From: an uncultured bacterium
Lineage (GTDB): Bacteria; Abyssobacteria; SURF-5
Assembly (NCBI GenBank): GCA_964450145.1
Contig: CAYVDS010000005.1
Span: 1 to 63,381 of the forward strand
Direction: 5' to 3'
DNA length: 63,381 nucleotides
Under the pieces are notes generated by a model. That model worked only from the letters and a program-made list of their open reading frames with translations. It searched no databases and was not told the DNA's origin. A program made the translations under genes and the position numbers. Positions 28,878 through 38,286 of this stretch are shown in pieces (the first letter of the stretch is position 1; every line of letters starts with the position of its first letter).

Positions 28878-30167
28878 TCACCCGACCAATTTCCCGTCCT
28901 GAAGCCTGATCTGGCCGGCCACGATGACATGCACGGCGCGTCCCGTGAGTTTCCAGCCGTTGAAGGGAGAATTGCGGCATTTGCATTCGAACTTGCCGGT
29001 GTCGATTACGACTTCGCAGGCCGGGTCGAATATGGTTATGTCTGCTCTCGCGCCGGCTTCTGTCTTGCCCATCGGCAAGTTGAGTATGCGGGCCGGACCG
29101 ACGGTCAATTTGGAGACGGCCCCGGCAAGCGTGAGAACTCCTTCATCCACGAGTTTCGTAATCACGAGCGGCAGACATGTCTCGAGGCCTATGATCCCGA
29201 AGGGCGCATCTATGAAGGCGACCTCCTTCTCGACGTGCGTATGCGGCGCGTGGTCGGTCGCAATCGCGTCAATAGTTCCGTCGCGCAGTCCCTCTTTTAT
29301 GGCAGCCACGTCGCTTTCGGTTCGAAGGGGCGGATTCATTTTCGCGTTTGTATCGTACGTTTTCACGGCGTCGTCGGTAAGGCTGAAATAGTGGGGGGCC
29401 GTCTCAGTGGTCACCTTGACTCCCTCGCGTTTTGCCGCGCGGACAAGTTCGACTGAGCGGGCGCAGCTCACGTGCGCGATGTGAACCTTTCCGCCGGTAA
29501 GTCTCGCGAGCGCAATATCGCGGGCGATCATTATTTCTTCGGCGGCGCCCGGCATCCCGGGAAGCCCGAGGATAGTGGAGTTCAGCCCCTCGTTCATGCA
29601 GCCGCCATCGCTCAAATGCAAGTCCTCGCAGTGAGAAATTATGGGGAGGTCGAACATGCTGGCGTACTCAAGCGCAAGCTTGAATATTTTGCTGTTGGTG
29701 AGGGGTCTCCCGTCGTCTGATATTGCGACCGCGCCCGCTTCTTTGAACTCGCCTATCTCGGTAATCTGTTTTCCCTCGAGCCCGCGCGTGACGGCGCCCA
29801 CGGGATAGATGTGTGTCCACGCGCGTTTCTCAGCTTGCGCGTTGAGGAAGTTTATGACTTCGACGTTGTCGGCGACGGGATTGGTGTTCGCCATGGGCGT
29901 AAGCGCGCAGTAGCCGCCCACTACTCCGCTGCGGCTGCCGCTCTCGATAGTCTCTTCGTCTTCCCTCCCGGGTTCGCGCAGGTGCGTATGCATGTCAATG
30001 AAGCCGGGGGCTACGACCAGGCCGTCGGCGTCGAGGCGCTTCGCCGTCGGAGAAGAGATATTCTTTCCTATTTTCGCGATAGCGGAGTTTTCGACCAGGA
30101 CATCCATGACGGCGTCGGTTCCCGACGCGGGGTCAATCACTCTGCCGCCCTTAACGAGTATCTTCAC
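28878..30167 (-). CDS. pyrC: dihydroorotase
   Basis: GTG 30167 gives [13 protein letters not shown]... and a short overlap with the pyrB stop. [23 protein letters not shown]. Confidence 0.93.
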   Translation of the reverse strand: MKILVKGGRVIDPASGTDAVMDVLVENSAIAKIGKNISSPTAKRLDADGLVVAPGFIDMHTHLREPGREDEETIESGSRSGVVGGYCALTPMANTNPVADNVEVINFLNAQAEKRAWTHIYPVGAVTRGLEGKQITEIGEFKEAGAVAISDDGRPLTNSKIFKLALEYASMFDLPIISHCEDLHLSDGGCMNEGLNSTILGLPGMPGAAEEIMIARDIALARLTGGKVHIAHVSCARSVELVRAAKREGVKVTTETAPHYFSLTDDAVKTYDTNAKMNPPLRTESDVAAIKEGLRDGTIDAIATDHAPHTHVEKEVAFIDAPFGIIGLETCLPLVITKLVDEGVLTLAGAVSKLTVGPARILNLPMGKTEAGARADITIFDPACEVVIDTGKFECKCRNSPFNGWKLTGRAVHVIVAGQIRLQDGKLVG

Positions 30168-31092
30168 TCTCGATATCTCCGCCCGAGCACAAGTACAGAG
30201 CAGCCATCCTGACGGCGAGGCCATTGGTCACTTGCTCGAGTATTACGGAATTCTGGCCGTCCGCAACGTCGGAGGACAACTCCACGTCTCGGTTGATGGG
30301 ACCGGGATGCATGATGAGCGCGTTTGGCCGGGCAGGTCTGAGTTTTTCTCGGTCGATCCCGAAGAGGCGTGCGTATTCACGGATCGATGGAAAATAGTTG
30401 GCCTGCTGGCGCTCCAACTGAATTCGAAGGATATAGATCACGTCGACGTCGCGGATGGCCGCGGTAACGTCGCTGTATACACTTACGCCCAGGTCTTCCA
30501 CGAAAGGCGGGGTCAAAGTCCTCGGAGCGCAAACGGAAACCTTAGCGCCGAGTTTTGTGAGTCCCCAGATGTTCGAGCGCGCTACGCGGCTGTGGAGGAT
30601 GTCGCCGATAATTACGACCTTGACACCCTCGATCCTGCCGAGCTTGTCTTTAATGGTCAGGAGGTCGAGCAGCGCCTGGGTCGGGTGTTCGTGCCAGCCG
30701 TCGCCCGCGTTTATGATGCTCGCCTTCATGCGCGAGGCGAGGAAATGAGGAGCGCCCGAGGCAGAGTGCCGCATGATTATCATATCGATCTTCAGCGCTT
30801 CGAGATTCGACGCGGTATCCATCAAAGTTTCGCCCTTCACGAGGCTGCTTGCCGACGCGGTGATATTGAGGATGTCGGCGCTCAGGCGTTTTCCCGCAAG
30901 CTCGAATGAGGTGCGTGTCCGCGTGCTTGGCTCGAAGAACAGATTCACGATGGTTTTGCCGCGCAGAGCGGGGACCTTCTTGATGGGGCGCGTGGAAATC
31001 TCTCGGAAAGAGAAGGCTGTGTCAAGGAGATGGTTTATCTCCTGCGCCGAGAGGTCCTGGATTCCGAGCAAGTCTTTACGATTCCAGCGCAT
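30151..31092 (-). CDS. pyrB: aspartate carbamoyltransferase catalytic subunit
   Basis: 313 aa. [27 protein letters not shown]. Confidence 0.97.
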   Translation of the reverse strand: MRWNRKDLLGIQDLSAQEINHLLDTAFSFREISTRPIKKVPALRGKTIVNLFFEPSTRTRTSFELAGKRLSADILNITASASSLVKGETLMDTASNLEALKIDMIIMRHSASGAPHFLASRMKASIINAGDGWHEHPTQALLDLLTIKDKLGRIEGVKVVIIGDILHSRVARSNIWGLTKLGAKVSVCAPRTLTPPFVEDLGVSVYSDVTAAIRDVDVIYILRIQLERQQANYFPSIREYARLFGIDREKLRPARPNALIMHPGPINRDVELSSDVADGQNSVILEQVTNGLAVRMAALYLCSGGDIESEDTR

Positions 31093-31222
31093 TAGTTTTC
31101 CCTACGTGCACAGAAGCCTGTCATTGTAGTGTGGCCGACCCCGCCCCGCCGTGCGGTCAATTGTGGCAGAAACTCCCCCTTAATTTCGGGTACCTTGCGA
31201 CAAAGATGTCCCGTAATTATGT

Positions 31223-31242
31223 GGGGCCGAATTCATTCGGCC
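31223..31242. repeat. family A variant hairpin
   Basis: GGGGCCGAATTCATTCGGCC. The same variant arm occurs at 31916-31935. Confidence 0.5.
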
Positions 31243-31247
31243 AATTG

Positions 31248-31289
31248 TCCCCTCCCCCCTTTTGCAAAGGGGGGCTAGGAGGGATTTTA
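31248..31289. repeat. family C palindrome
   Basis: TCCCCTCCCCCCTTTTGCAAAGGGGGGCTAGGAGGGATTTT. Confidence 0.85.
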
Positions 31290-31321
31290 CCGCTATTCTG
31301 CTTGAACATGGTGCTGCGATA

Positions 31322-31873
31322 TTACGCCATTCTCGCGCTGCTTATCAGTTCCACTTTGTCTTCGCCGTCGGTTTCAGCGAGGTTTACACTGATTCGATCG
31401 TCGCGACCGGTCGGCACGTTCTTGCCGACATAGTCCGGGCGGATGGGCAATTCGCGGTGCCCCCTGTCAACGAGCACGGCCAGTTGGATATTCTTCGGAC
31501 GCCCGAAGTCCATTATCTGGTCAATCGCGGCGCGAGTGGACCGGCCGGTAAAAAGGACGTCGTCCACAAGGATTATTCTCTTACCGTTCAGGTCGAAGTT
31601 AATCTTTGTGCTTCGTACCTGCGGCTGGCCACCGTGCGGAGCGCTTATGTCGTCGCGGTAGAGCGTGATGTCGATTATGCCGACGGGCGGCTGGGTTTTC
31701 TCAATCTGTTCGATCTTTTGGGCTAGTCGACGAGCGAGCACGTCTCCACGGGAGCGGATGCCTATCAAGCACAGGTCCTCGATACCCTTGTTGCGCTCGA
31801 CGATCTCGTGAGCGATGCGCGTGAGCGTTCGCTCGATGGCCGCCTTGTCCAGTATTATTGCGTTTTCATTCAT
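31322..31873 (-). CDS. pyrR: pyrimidine operon regulator / uracil phosphoribosyltransferase
   Basis: 183 aa. [26 protein letters not shown] motif [16 protein letters not shown]. Confidence 0.93.
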   Translation of the reverse strand: MNENAIILDKAAIERTLTRIAHEIVERNKGIEDLCLIGIRSRGDVLARRLAQKIEQIEKTQPPVGIIDITLYRDDISAPHGGQPQVRSTKINFDLNGKRIILVDDVLFTGRSTRAAIDQIMDFGRPKNIQLAVLVDRGHRELPIRPDYVGKNVPTGRDDRISVNLAETDGEDKVELISSARMA

Positions 31874-31883
31874 ATTTCAAGCC

Positions 31884-31909
31884 AAAAAAAAAGCCCTCAC
31901 CGGAGGGTC
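31884..31909 (-). terminator. short GC hairpin plus U9 immediately upstream of pyrR
   Basis: Minus strand reads GACCCTCCGGTGAGGGC then TTTTTTTTT, ending 10 nt before the pyrR ATG. Confidence 0.4.
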
Positions 31910-31913
31910 AATT

Positions 31914-31967
31914 GCGGGGCCGAACTCGTTCGGCCTCCAATCCATGCGAATAAATTCGCACCTACGG
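31914..31967. repeat. family A doublet (variant left arm)
   Basis: GGGGCCGAACTCGTTCGGCC - spacer - ATGCGAATAAATTCGCACCTACGG, in the pyrR leader. Confidence 0.7.
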
Positions 31968-32124
31968 GGGGCGGGCCTTTAGCCGTGCAGCCTTATTGAC
32001 CCTTACCGGCTTCACCGAACCGATTTAAAGGGCCCGTTCGATGTCGAACGTATTATAGCCATCCCCGGTGGGCATGTCAAGCCCATTCGATTTTGGATTT
32101 TGCCTTTGCCCTTTCGCTTTTCAC

Positions 32125-33162
32125 TTACTCTTCGTACAGCGCTCTTGTCTCGGGGCTCATAGAGGCTAGGCGTTGGACCGCAGTCTTTGGGGAAACTGCC
32201 TCGAGGGAGCCGTCGGGATTCTGCACAACCACGCCGTTTCCCGCAAGCATTTTGTAACGTCTCTTGCGCTCCTCTTTGTCGGGTGAGCAAATAAGCTGGC
32301 AATTGCCGCAGGTCAGATATAGCTTCGTCTCCATCAGAATGTGGTGAATTCCGCCTTCCATTTTGGGCCTGTTGTTGGTTGCTTCGATGGCGCGCGCCAG
32401 GACGGGCATGAACTCCTCGTCAGTTTTGGGAATTGCGAACCGCCCCGGTGACCATGTAGACCATTTCCCGGATGGATGCAGTCCAGTGAATCCGCCGCAC
32501 ACCAACTCACATCGGAGATAGCTCCGCCGCCTCGAGTATTTAAATTCGACGCCTCCGAGCGTGACGCATGTTTCTTCCTCGGGGTCCGCGAAGCTCGCTG
32601 CGCATGAAGTCAGGCACAACCGGCAGTTGTCGCAATAATTCTCTTCTTCCGGCAAAGGCGTCGTTGGTTCGAGTTCGGCCGTCGTAACGACCGAGCCGAG
32701 AATGACCGCCGCGCCGTGGCTCTTCGTAAGCACATTGCCCGAGAGCCCGAAGCTACCGACGCCGGAACGAACGGCAAGGTATCTCTGCGAGATATCGGGC
32801 ATCATGTCGATGGCGCCCCGCGGAGTATCCTGCCGGAAGACCTCATTTGCGGCGACTGCAACCGATGCGTAGCCCTTCTGCTCGAGGAATTTGGCCAATT
32901 GGAGGGCCATTCCACTCGCGAGCAGGTTTGTCCGGATGTTGTCCCTCTCATGGGAACGCCGGTCTTTCTTCATCAGATACGGCGGTATGAGGCTCTGGTC
33001 GAGCGGGACAGCGAAACTGACGGCGGATTTTGCGCCCGGCAACACATATGAAAGATCGACTGAAGGCGGGCCTCCAGCAAGTGTCTCCACGGTCGCGATA
33101 CCGGCCGAACACACGGCCTCCTCCATTACGAAATCGAGTACGAGTTCGCTCAGGTTTTCCAC
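32125..33162 (-). CDS. 4Fe-4S cluster protein, epoxyqueuosine-reductase/reductive-dehalogenase-like
   Basis: 345 aa, GTG after AGGAG. CDNCRLCLTSC and CGNCQLIC ferredoxin-type motifs behind a QueG-like N-terminal domain. Family assignment tentative. Confidence 0.5.
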   Translation of the reverse strand: MENLSELVLDFVMEEAVCSAGIATVETLAGGPPSVDLSYVLPGAKSAVSFAVPLDQSLIPPYLMKKDRRSHERDNIRTNLLASGMALQLAKFLEQKGYASVAVAANEVFRQDTPRGAIDMMPDISQRYLAVRSGVGSFGLSGNVLTKSHGAAVILGSVVTTAELEPTTPLPEEENYCDNCRLCLTSCAASFADPEEETCVTLGGVEFKYSRRRSYLRCELVCGGFTGLHPSGKWSTWSPGRFAIPKTDEEFMPVLARAIEATNNRPKMEGGIHHILMETKLYLTCGNCQLICSPDKEERKRRYKMLAGNGVVVQNPDGSLEAVSPKTAVQRLASMSPETRALYEE

Positions 33163-33225
33163 GACTCTCTCCTTTAATGTTCTTGTGGATACGAATCCAT
33201 TAGGACAATGAACAAGGACATTTTA

Positions 33226-33257
33226 CCGCAAAGACGCACCGAGCGCAAAGCGAAGAG
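33226..33257 (+). repeat. family D
   Basis: CCGCAAAGACGCACCGAGCGCAAAGCGAAGAG. Confidence 0.7.
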
Positions 33258-33384
33258 AAATTTGGCAACAAGATAGCGGTTTAATTGCTTTTTGCGGCAT
33301 TTTCGTGGTTCAATACATCCCTTGACGCTCTCGGACTCTCGGTGGCAAGCAGTTCTATGTTTATATTGGACAAATGGAGATGAT

Positions 33385-35307
33385 ATGAAAATACTTAGGA
33401 GAATCGTGTACGCAGTCATCACTATCATATTGATTCTTACGGGGGTGTATGTCATGCTTCCGAAAGGTCCGCGTGAGCCGATGGAATTCGATGACCCGTA
33501 TCAAACCGCGAGAAAGTCCGTGAAAGCGGATGATTACATGGCCGCGACGGGGACGCCATGGGCGACGAAGGCGGCGCTCGATATTCTGCAAAAGGGCGGA
33601 AACGCGTTCGACGCGGGCATGGCGGCTTTGCTGGCACTGAACGTCACGTATCCGGAGGCCGCAAGTTTCCCGTCGGTAGCGCCGACGCTCATCTACGACG
33701 CGGAGAGGAACGAAGTCTCAAGCTACTGCGGTGTCGGAACCGCTCCGAAAAAAGCCACCATCGAGTATTTCACGTCAAAAGGACACAAAAATATCCCTGA
33801 GATGGGCATCCTCGCACAGCTCGTGCCGTCGTCACCCGACGCCATCGTCGCGATTCTCGACAAGTACGGCACAATGAGCTTCGGCGAGATAAGCAAAGAA
33901 GCGATCCGGCTCGCTTCAGAAGGCTTCCCGGTTCACTCGATGATGCTCAATCATCTGCGCTTGTCGCTGATCGAGCGGATCGGGTTCAGTGTATTGATGC
34001 CTTATAACGCGAAGGTCTATTTCGGGGGACAATGGTGGCGGCCGCTCCATCACAAAGACCGGTTCATTCAAGCCGACCTCGCGCGCACTTTGACGGCAAT
34101 GGCAGAGGCCGAGAAGAAGGCGATTGAGGCAGGCGGCAGCCGTTCCGACGGGCTGAAAGCTGTGCGCAACTATTTCTATAAAGGCCCGATCGCCGACGCC
34201 ATCCTGCAGTTGCATGAGGAAAAAGGCGGTTTGTTCACCCGTGAGGATTTGGAGAACTATTCGGGCTATTGGGAGCAGCCGCTTGCGGGCGACTTCGGCG
34301 AATACACGATTTACGCGAACCAGACATGGAATCAAGGGGCCGTCATCCCCATGATACTTCAAATCCTCGAGGGGGTTGACCTCAAGTCCATGAAACCCGA
34401 TTCGCCTGAATACATTCATGAGGTTATTCAGGCGGTGGAACTGGGGATAGCCGACCGAGACAAGTATTTCGGCGATCCGGCGTTTGCGAGAGTGCCGACG
34501 AAGGGACTGTTGAGTAAGGAATACGCATCCGTGAGGCGTCAGTTGCTCACCCCGGCAAAAGCATTCGGGCAAACGCCTCCGTTCGGCGACCCCATAAAGT
34601 TCGAGACCGCAAGCGCGAATGAATCGAGCGGGGACGCGGGGAAAATCGGGGACACCATGCGGCATGGTGTCCCCGATTTTCCCACCCCGCATCGTGTCCC
34701 CGATTTTCCAAAGAAGACCGAGAAAATCGACACAAGTTATCTTGCTGTGACAGACAAATTGGGAAATTCGATATCAATGACTCCGAGCGATTTCCCGCAG
34801 TCGCCAATGGTACTGGGAACCGGCCTCTGTCTCGGGATCAGAATGACTCAATTCAGGCTCGACCCGGCGCATCCGAGTTCGCTTTTGCCGGGGAAAAGGC
34901 CTCGCATCACGCCGAATGCGAGCATGGTCACGAAAAACGGTAAGCTGTATATGACCTTCGGGACACCCGAGGGCGACCAGCAGCCGCAGGCTCTCGCGCA
35001 GGTTTTTCTCAATCTGACTGTGTTCGGTATGGATATCCAGGACGCGATCGATGCGCCCCGATTCCGCTCGAAGAATTTCCCCAATTCTTTCTCGCCTCAC
35101 GAGTATAAGCCCGGCACGGTCTCTCTTGAAAGAAGCCTGTATGACAAGGTTGGCAAGGGCCTCGAGGCGATGGGATATAAGATCGAGATCGAGAAAGACT
35201 GGCATTACGAAATGGGCGCGGTATGCGCGATCATTCGGGACCCGGATACGGGCAAGCTCATCGGCGGCGCTGACCCGAGGCAGGAGAACTGGGCCGACGG
35301 ACGGTAG
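33385..35307 (+). CDS. ggt: gamma-glutamyltransferase family protein, N-terminally membrane-anchored
   Basis: ATG 33385 after GGAGA. TM anchor IVYAVITIILILTGVYVML, TPWATKAALDILQKGGNAFDAGMAALLALNV, putative autoprocessing nucleophile in DTSYLAVTD (Thr at 34732-34734). Carries an in-frame palindromic repeat at 34627-34710. Confidence 0.85.
   Translation: MKILRRIVYAVITIILILTGVYVMLPKGPREPMEFDDPYQTARKSVKADDYMAATGTPWATKAALDILQKGGNAFDAGMAALLALNVTYPEAASFPSVAPTLIYDAERNEVSSYCGVGTAPKKATIEYFTSKGHKNIPEMGILAQLVPSSPDAIVAILDKYGTMSFGEISKEAIRLASEGFPVHSMMLNHLRLSLIERIGFSVLMPYNAKVYFGGQWWRPLHHKDRFIQADLARTLTAMAEAEKKAIEAGGSRSDGLKAVRNYFYKGPIADAILQLHEEKGGLFTREDLENYSGYWEQPLAGDFGEYTIYANQTWNQGAVIPMILQILEGVDLKSMKPDSPEYIHEVIQAVELGIADRDKYFGDPAFARVPTKGLLSKEYASVRRQLLTPAKAFGQTPPFGDPIKFETASANESSGDAGKIGDTMRHGVPDFPTPHRVPDFPKKTEKIDTSYLAVTDKLGNSISMTPSDFPQSPMVLGTGLCLGIRMTQFRLDPAHPSSLLPGKRPRITPNASMVTKNGKLYMTFGTPEGDQQPQALAQVFLNLTVFGMDIQDAIDAPRFRSKNFPNSFSPHEYKPGTVSLERSLYDKVGKGLEAMGYKIEIEKDWHYEMGAVCAIIRDPDTGKLIGGADPRQENWADGR
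34627..34710. repeat. family B: full palindrome plus half unit, in frame inside ggt
   Basis: AAAATCGGGGACACCATGCGGCATGGTGTCCCCGATTTT then CCCGCATCGTGTCCCCGATTTTCC. Translated as KIGDTMRHGVPDFPTPHRVPDFP. Confidence 0.9.
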
Positions 35308-35330
35308 AAGATGCAGATATATTTTTTTGC

Positions 35331-35359
35331 TTGACTTATCATATTTACATGAGTAAACT
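35331..35359 (+). promoter_or_regulatory. sigma70-like promoter upstream of the small membrane protein gene
   Basis: TTGACT - 17 nt - TAAACT. Confidence 0.35.
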
Positions 35360-35416
35360 ATGATGAATTTTGAGTTTCGCGAACAAGGAAGAAATCGCAC
35401 GCCGGCGAGGAGGCCA

Positions 35417-35662
35417 ATGTTCGATTGGGTGGTTCCAACGCTGATTCTTGTCGCTTCGGCTCTTGTATTGAATGAGATTCGTGTCTCATGGCTTTTGCGA
35501 AAGGGACGGAAGAAGCATCTTTACGAGCAGCTTGAGAAAACCATCAATAACATGGCGGACGAGACTCACAATATATATGAAACGCTGCCGGCGCTCGGAG
35601 AGACTGTTGAGAAACGGCGCGAGACAAATGCGTCTGACAGGCCGGCTTCAAGAATCAGATAA
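35417..35662 (+). CDS. small membrane protein, hypothetical
   Basis: ATG 35417 lies 5 nt after GGAGG. 81 aa with one TM helix (VVPTLILVASALVL). The ORF-track start at 35360 abuts a -10-like hexamer and has no RBS. Confidence 0.4.
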   Translation: MFDWVVPTLILVASALVLNEIRVSWLLRKGRKKHLYEQLEKTINNMADETHNIYETLPALGETVEKRRETNASDRPASRIR

Positions 35663-36724
35663 AGCGCCGCCGCCTAACTTATTGAATGGCAATGTATCCG
35701 CTGTTCGCAAAATCGAGATAACCATGTTTGCGGTCGGGGCCAACTGGTCGCGGGCGACAGTGTCGAGCGTATCCTCCTTGAAGAACATGTAGGACGGGCT
35801 CGAAAGCAGTCCGACCACAGGCGCACCTGCTTCGTAAAATTCACCCGAGATGCCGCGAGCCTTGCCGGTCATCTTCTTTACGACCCATTGCGGAATGATG
35901 ACGGCGCGCCGGTAGTTGTTGTGCAAGATGCTCGATTTCACGATTCCGTTCAGTCGCCGGCTTCGCGAAGTAAAGAACATTCTAACCGATGGTGTGTCGG
36001 AGCACGCAAATGAAAGGTCTTCACGCGGCGCGAATTCTCTTGCTATATGCTCGACTGAGACGACGAGCGCGACTTTCGGCAGGAGAGCGTCGCGGTGGCG
36101 CTTGACGAACTCCTTTTCGCCGAGGCGTCCGAGCGTGTGTCCGCCTCCCGCGAGAAAGATTATTCCTCGTTTGAGCGGGTTCTGCGCGTTTACGGCGGAG
36201 AAGTGTTTGGCAAGCGCGAGGACAACCGAAACGCCCGAGGCGTCCTGCACGGCGTTGGCGAACGGCGCGTCATGGTGGCACATGACGATGTAGTATTCGT
36301 CTGTTTTGCCGGGCAGAGTGGCCCAGACGTTATAAGTCTCTGCGTGTCCTTGTTCTGCCGCCAGCGACATGCGCGCCACCACATTTTCGCGTTCGAGCCA
36401 TTTCCTGACCACCGCCGAGTTTTTCGGGCTCACCCAATATCCCGGTATCTTCTTGCTGACACCGTAGTTCAATTGAGGACAAAACGTATCCGACTCCCAC
36501 TCTAGTTCTGACAACAGGCCCACCATGCCGACTGCGCCCTTCGTGACTGCTTTGTCGTGAATATCTCTCTCGACGCGGTCAACCGGAACCATCGCCTTAT
36601 AGCCTTCGGACACCGTTTCGCCGGGATCGTACAGGAAGAACATTTTTCGGAGGAGGTCCCAATTTTGTGTCTCCTGGATGTGGTCTGTCTCGAAACCAGA
36701 AACCGTTTCTTGGATGTCTCCCAT
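35648..36724 (-). CDS. M28-like metallopeptidase homologue
   Basis: MCHHDAPFANAVQDASGVSVVLALAKHF resembles the M28 HxD...D-ASG metal site, but the usual EE-G-L-GS motif reads GGGHTLGRLGE. Start uncertain (ATG 36724 or TTG 36805). Confidence 0.4.
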   Translation of the reverse strand: MGDIQETVSGFETDHIQETQNWDLLRKMFFLYDPGETVSEGYKAMVPVDRVERDIHDKAVTKGAVGMVGLLSELEWESDTFCPQLNYGVSKKIPGYWVSPKNSAVVRKWLERENVVARMSLAAEQGHAETYNVWATLPGKTDEYYIVMCHHDAPFANAVQDASGVSVVLALAKHFSAVNAQNPLKRGIIFLAGGGHTLGRLGEKEFVKRHRDALLPKVALVVSVEHIAREFAPREDLSFACSDTPSVRMFFTSRSRRLNGIVKSSILHNNYRRAVIIPQWVVKKMTGKARGISGEFYEAGAPVVGLLSSPSYMFFKEDTLDTVARDQLAPTANMVISILRTADTLPFNKLGGGALSDS

Positions 36725-37007
36725 GCAAAATTTGCGCGGGCTTTCACGCGCAAGGCCAAACAATGCAAATATTTCGTGGCACGCCGATTGGAGGAACTGA
36801 CGCAAGTGGCAAGAATGCCCATTCTGGAAACAGCAGTCGACTGCCTAACTCTTTAACTATGATTGGGTTACATGTGAGCATGTGTTTAATGATGAGGGCA
36901 ATTCGAAGGTTGGCATTGGAAATGCTTTTACCATTCTGCACTGTTAATAAAAAGGTGAGGGTTCCATTTTTCAGAGTTGCCTGAGTAGATACGAAAAAGG
37001 TGTATCA

Positions 37008-37433
37008 TTGTCGTTGCCGATGAGGGTTTTGGTCGTTGATGATGAGCGCAATGCGCTCGTGGCTTTGGCAAAAATTCTTCGAGAAGATGGCTATCAGGTA
37101 GTTGTTGCGTCGAACGAGGAGCAGGCAATGGAGCGTCTGGGCCTTTCGACGTTCGACCTCATCATTACTGACCTGTTTCTGCTGCACAATTGCTGTATAA
37201 AGCTTCTCGACAAGATAAGGAGCCTGAAGCCGCGCACGCCCGTCATTCTTACAACTGCGCATGGCGATGTGGATCGGTACCTGGACAAAACGAGTCTGTC
37301 AGGAATGTTCTGCCTGTCGAAGCCAATCAATTACGATGAACTGAAGCGCATAATTGGGCAAATCGAGTCGCAGAGTAAACTGGCGGAAACCTCCGAGAAC
37401 GGTTCTGTCACTATGGGAGAATCGAGGGCATAA
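37008..37433 (+). CDS. single-domain response regulator (CheY-like receiver)
   Basis: RVLVVDDERN...LIITDLFL...ILTTAH...SKPI. TTG 37008 lies 7 nt after AAGGTG. ATG 37020 is the alternative. Confidence 0.85.
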   Translation: MSLPMRVLVVDDERNALVALAKILREDGYQVVVASNEEQAMERLGLSTFDLIITDLFLLHNCCIKLLDKIRSLKPRTPVILTTAHGDVDRYLDKTSLSGMFCLSKPINYDELKRIIGQIESQSKLAETSENGSVTMGESRA

Positions 37434-37689
37434 CAGACTAAGAGCAGAGCGAGTCAAGTCTTCAAGGTGTGTGCTATGGTGGGTCGTACGCATTGGGGAA
37501 GTCCGCAAGGGCGATAAAGAAATCTGTTAAGGTTGGGCGGGCGATTCAATAGGCGCCCGCGAGTGGGAAGACACAATCAAACGACTGGAGGGAACTCGGA
37601 AAGAAAGACCCATTTACCCATGTTGATCTGCCCATGTTGGCTGATACAATTCTGAAAAGGCGAAAGAGAGCAGTTACCCGTCACCCCAA

Positions 37690-37899
37690 CTAAGTAGCCT
37701 GATGAGGAAGAGGAAAGTGCGGTATCGCAAGGGATTTGTTGCGCTCTTCCAACAGGGCAGTTACAGCGATGTCGAAATCTGAACGGTTTATCCAGGCGCT
37801 AACGAAAGCCCCCAATTCGTTAAGCTCAGCTTGGCCTCGGCCATGACACTTGATCCAGTGCCTGGAGTATTCCAGTGGGAGCGCAACGAACCCTTGCAT
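37690..37899 (-). CDS. questionable 69-aa ORF in an otherwise non-coding gap
   Basis: Only ORF over 60 aa in 37434-38105. No RBS and no recognisable motif. May be a gene remnant. Confidence 0.15.
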   Translation of the reverse strand: MQGFVALPLEYSRHWIKCHGRGQAELNELGAFVSAWINRSDFDIAVTALLEERNKSLAIPHFPLPHQAT

Positions 37900-38105
37900 T
37901 GAGCTTCTTCTGTCGCTCGGTGCGACGCGCGGAAAATTAAGATAATAAAGCTATCGAAATCGCGGCTGTTGCCTGCAAGTGGGTGGAATTGTGCGCTTGA
38001 CCAGGCAGGAGTTGCGTTTTTTTCTTAGACTGCGAAGAAATGCCCGCCAGTGGTGGGTGGTCAGCACGTTTTTCCCGACCGAACATGTCGAGATTCCCGC
38101 CCGAT

Positions 38106-38135
38106 TTGAAATTCATACCGTAGGTATGCTATACT
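38106..38135 (+). promoter_or_regulatory. sigma70-like promoter of the cytochrome operon leader
   Basis: TTGAAA - 18 nt - TATACT, about 150 nt before ATG 38287. Confidence 0.45.
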
Positions 38136-38203
38136 TTTTGTGTTTCTAACGCGCAGGCTCACCCGATAATCCTGACATCCCTGAAAGGGTCGAGTGTAGG
38201 ATC

Positions 38204-38231
38204 AGAGACCTGTCTTATGGTCTCTTTTTTT
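38204..38231 (+). terminator. intrinsic terminator/attenuator hairpin inside the cytochrome operon leader
   Basis: AGAGACC-TGTCTTAT-GGTCTCT followed by TTTTTT. Lies between the promoter (38106-38135) and the start codon (38287). Confidence 0.5.
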
Positions 38232-38286
38232 GTGGGGAAAACCCCTCCTCGATGGAGACGCGGGGAAACAAGAGGACCCAAACAAA

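Noticed and set aside
29992-30909. 305-aa plus-strand ORF, and similar long antisense ORFs at 51574-52524, 48019-48942, 8296-9123, 10035-10844, 22469-23302, 33916-34692, 49162-49926, 58735-59646, 17211-17885 and 3748-4368
   Set aside because: Each lies opposite a gene with unambiguous family motifs (pyrB/pyrC, Leu dehydrogenase, apbE, pheS, kinases, ggt, dehydrogenase, ACD, carB). None has motifs or an RBS of its own.
31093-32040. PyrR-binding anti-antiterminator loop (ARUCCAGAGAGGYU) in the pyrR and pyrB leaders
   Set aside because: No match better than 7/12 on the minus strand. The spacers are dominated by family A and C repeats.
35360-35416. Leaderless translation of the small membrane protein from ATG 35360
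   Set aside because: The -10-like hexamer TAAACT abuts the ATG, so transcription would start downstream of it. An in-frame ATG at 35417 has a strong GGAGG RBS.
38136-38231. GEMM-I (c-di-GMP/cGAMP) riboswitch in the cytochrome leader
   Set aside because: Only a partial resemblance (ACGCGCAGG...CC and a GAAA-loop hairpin). The conserved GGCAAAC and ACGCAAAGC elements are absent by eye. It is kept as a generic structured-leader finding; a covariance-model scan is needed.
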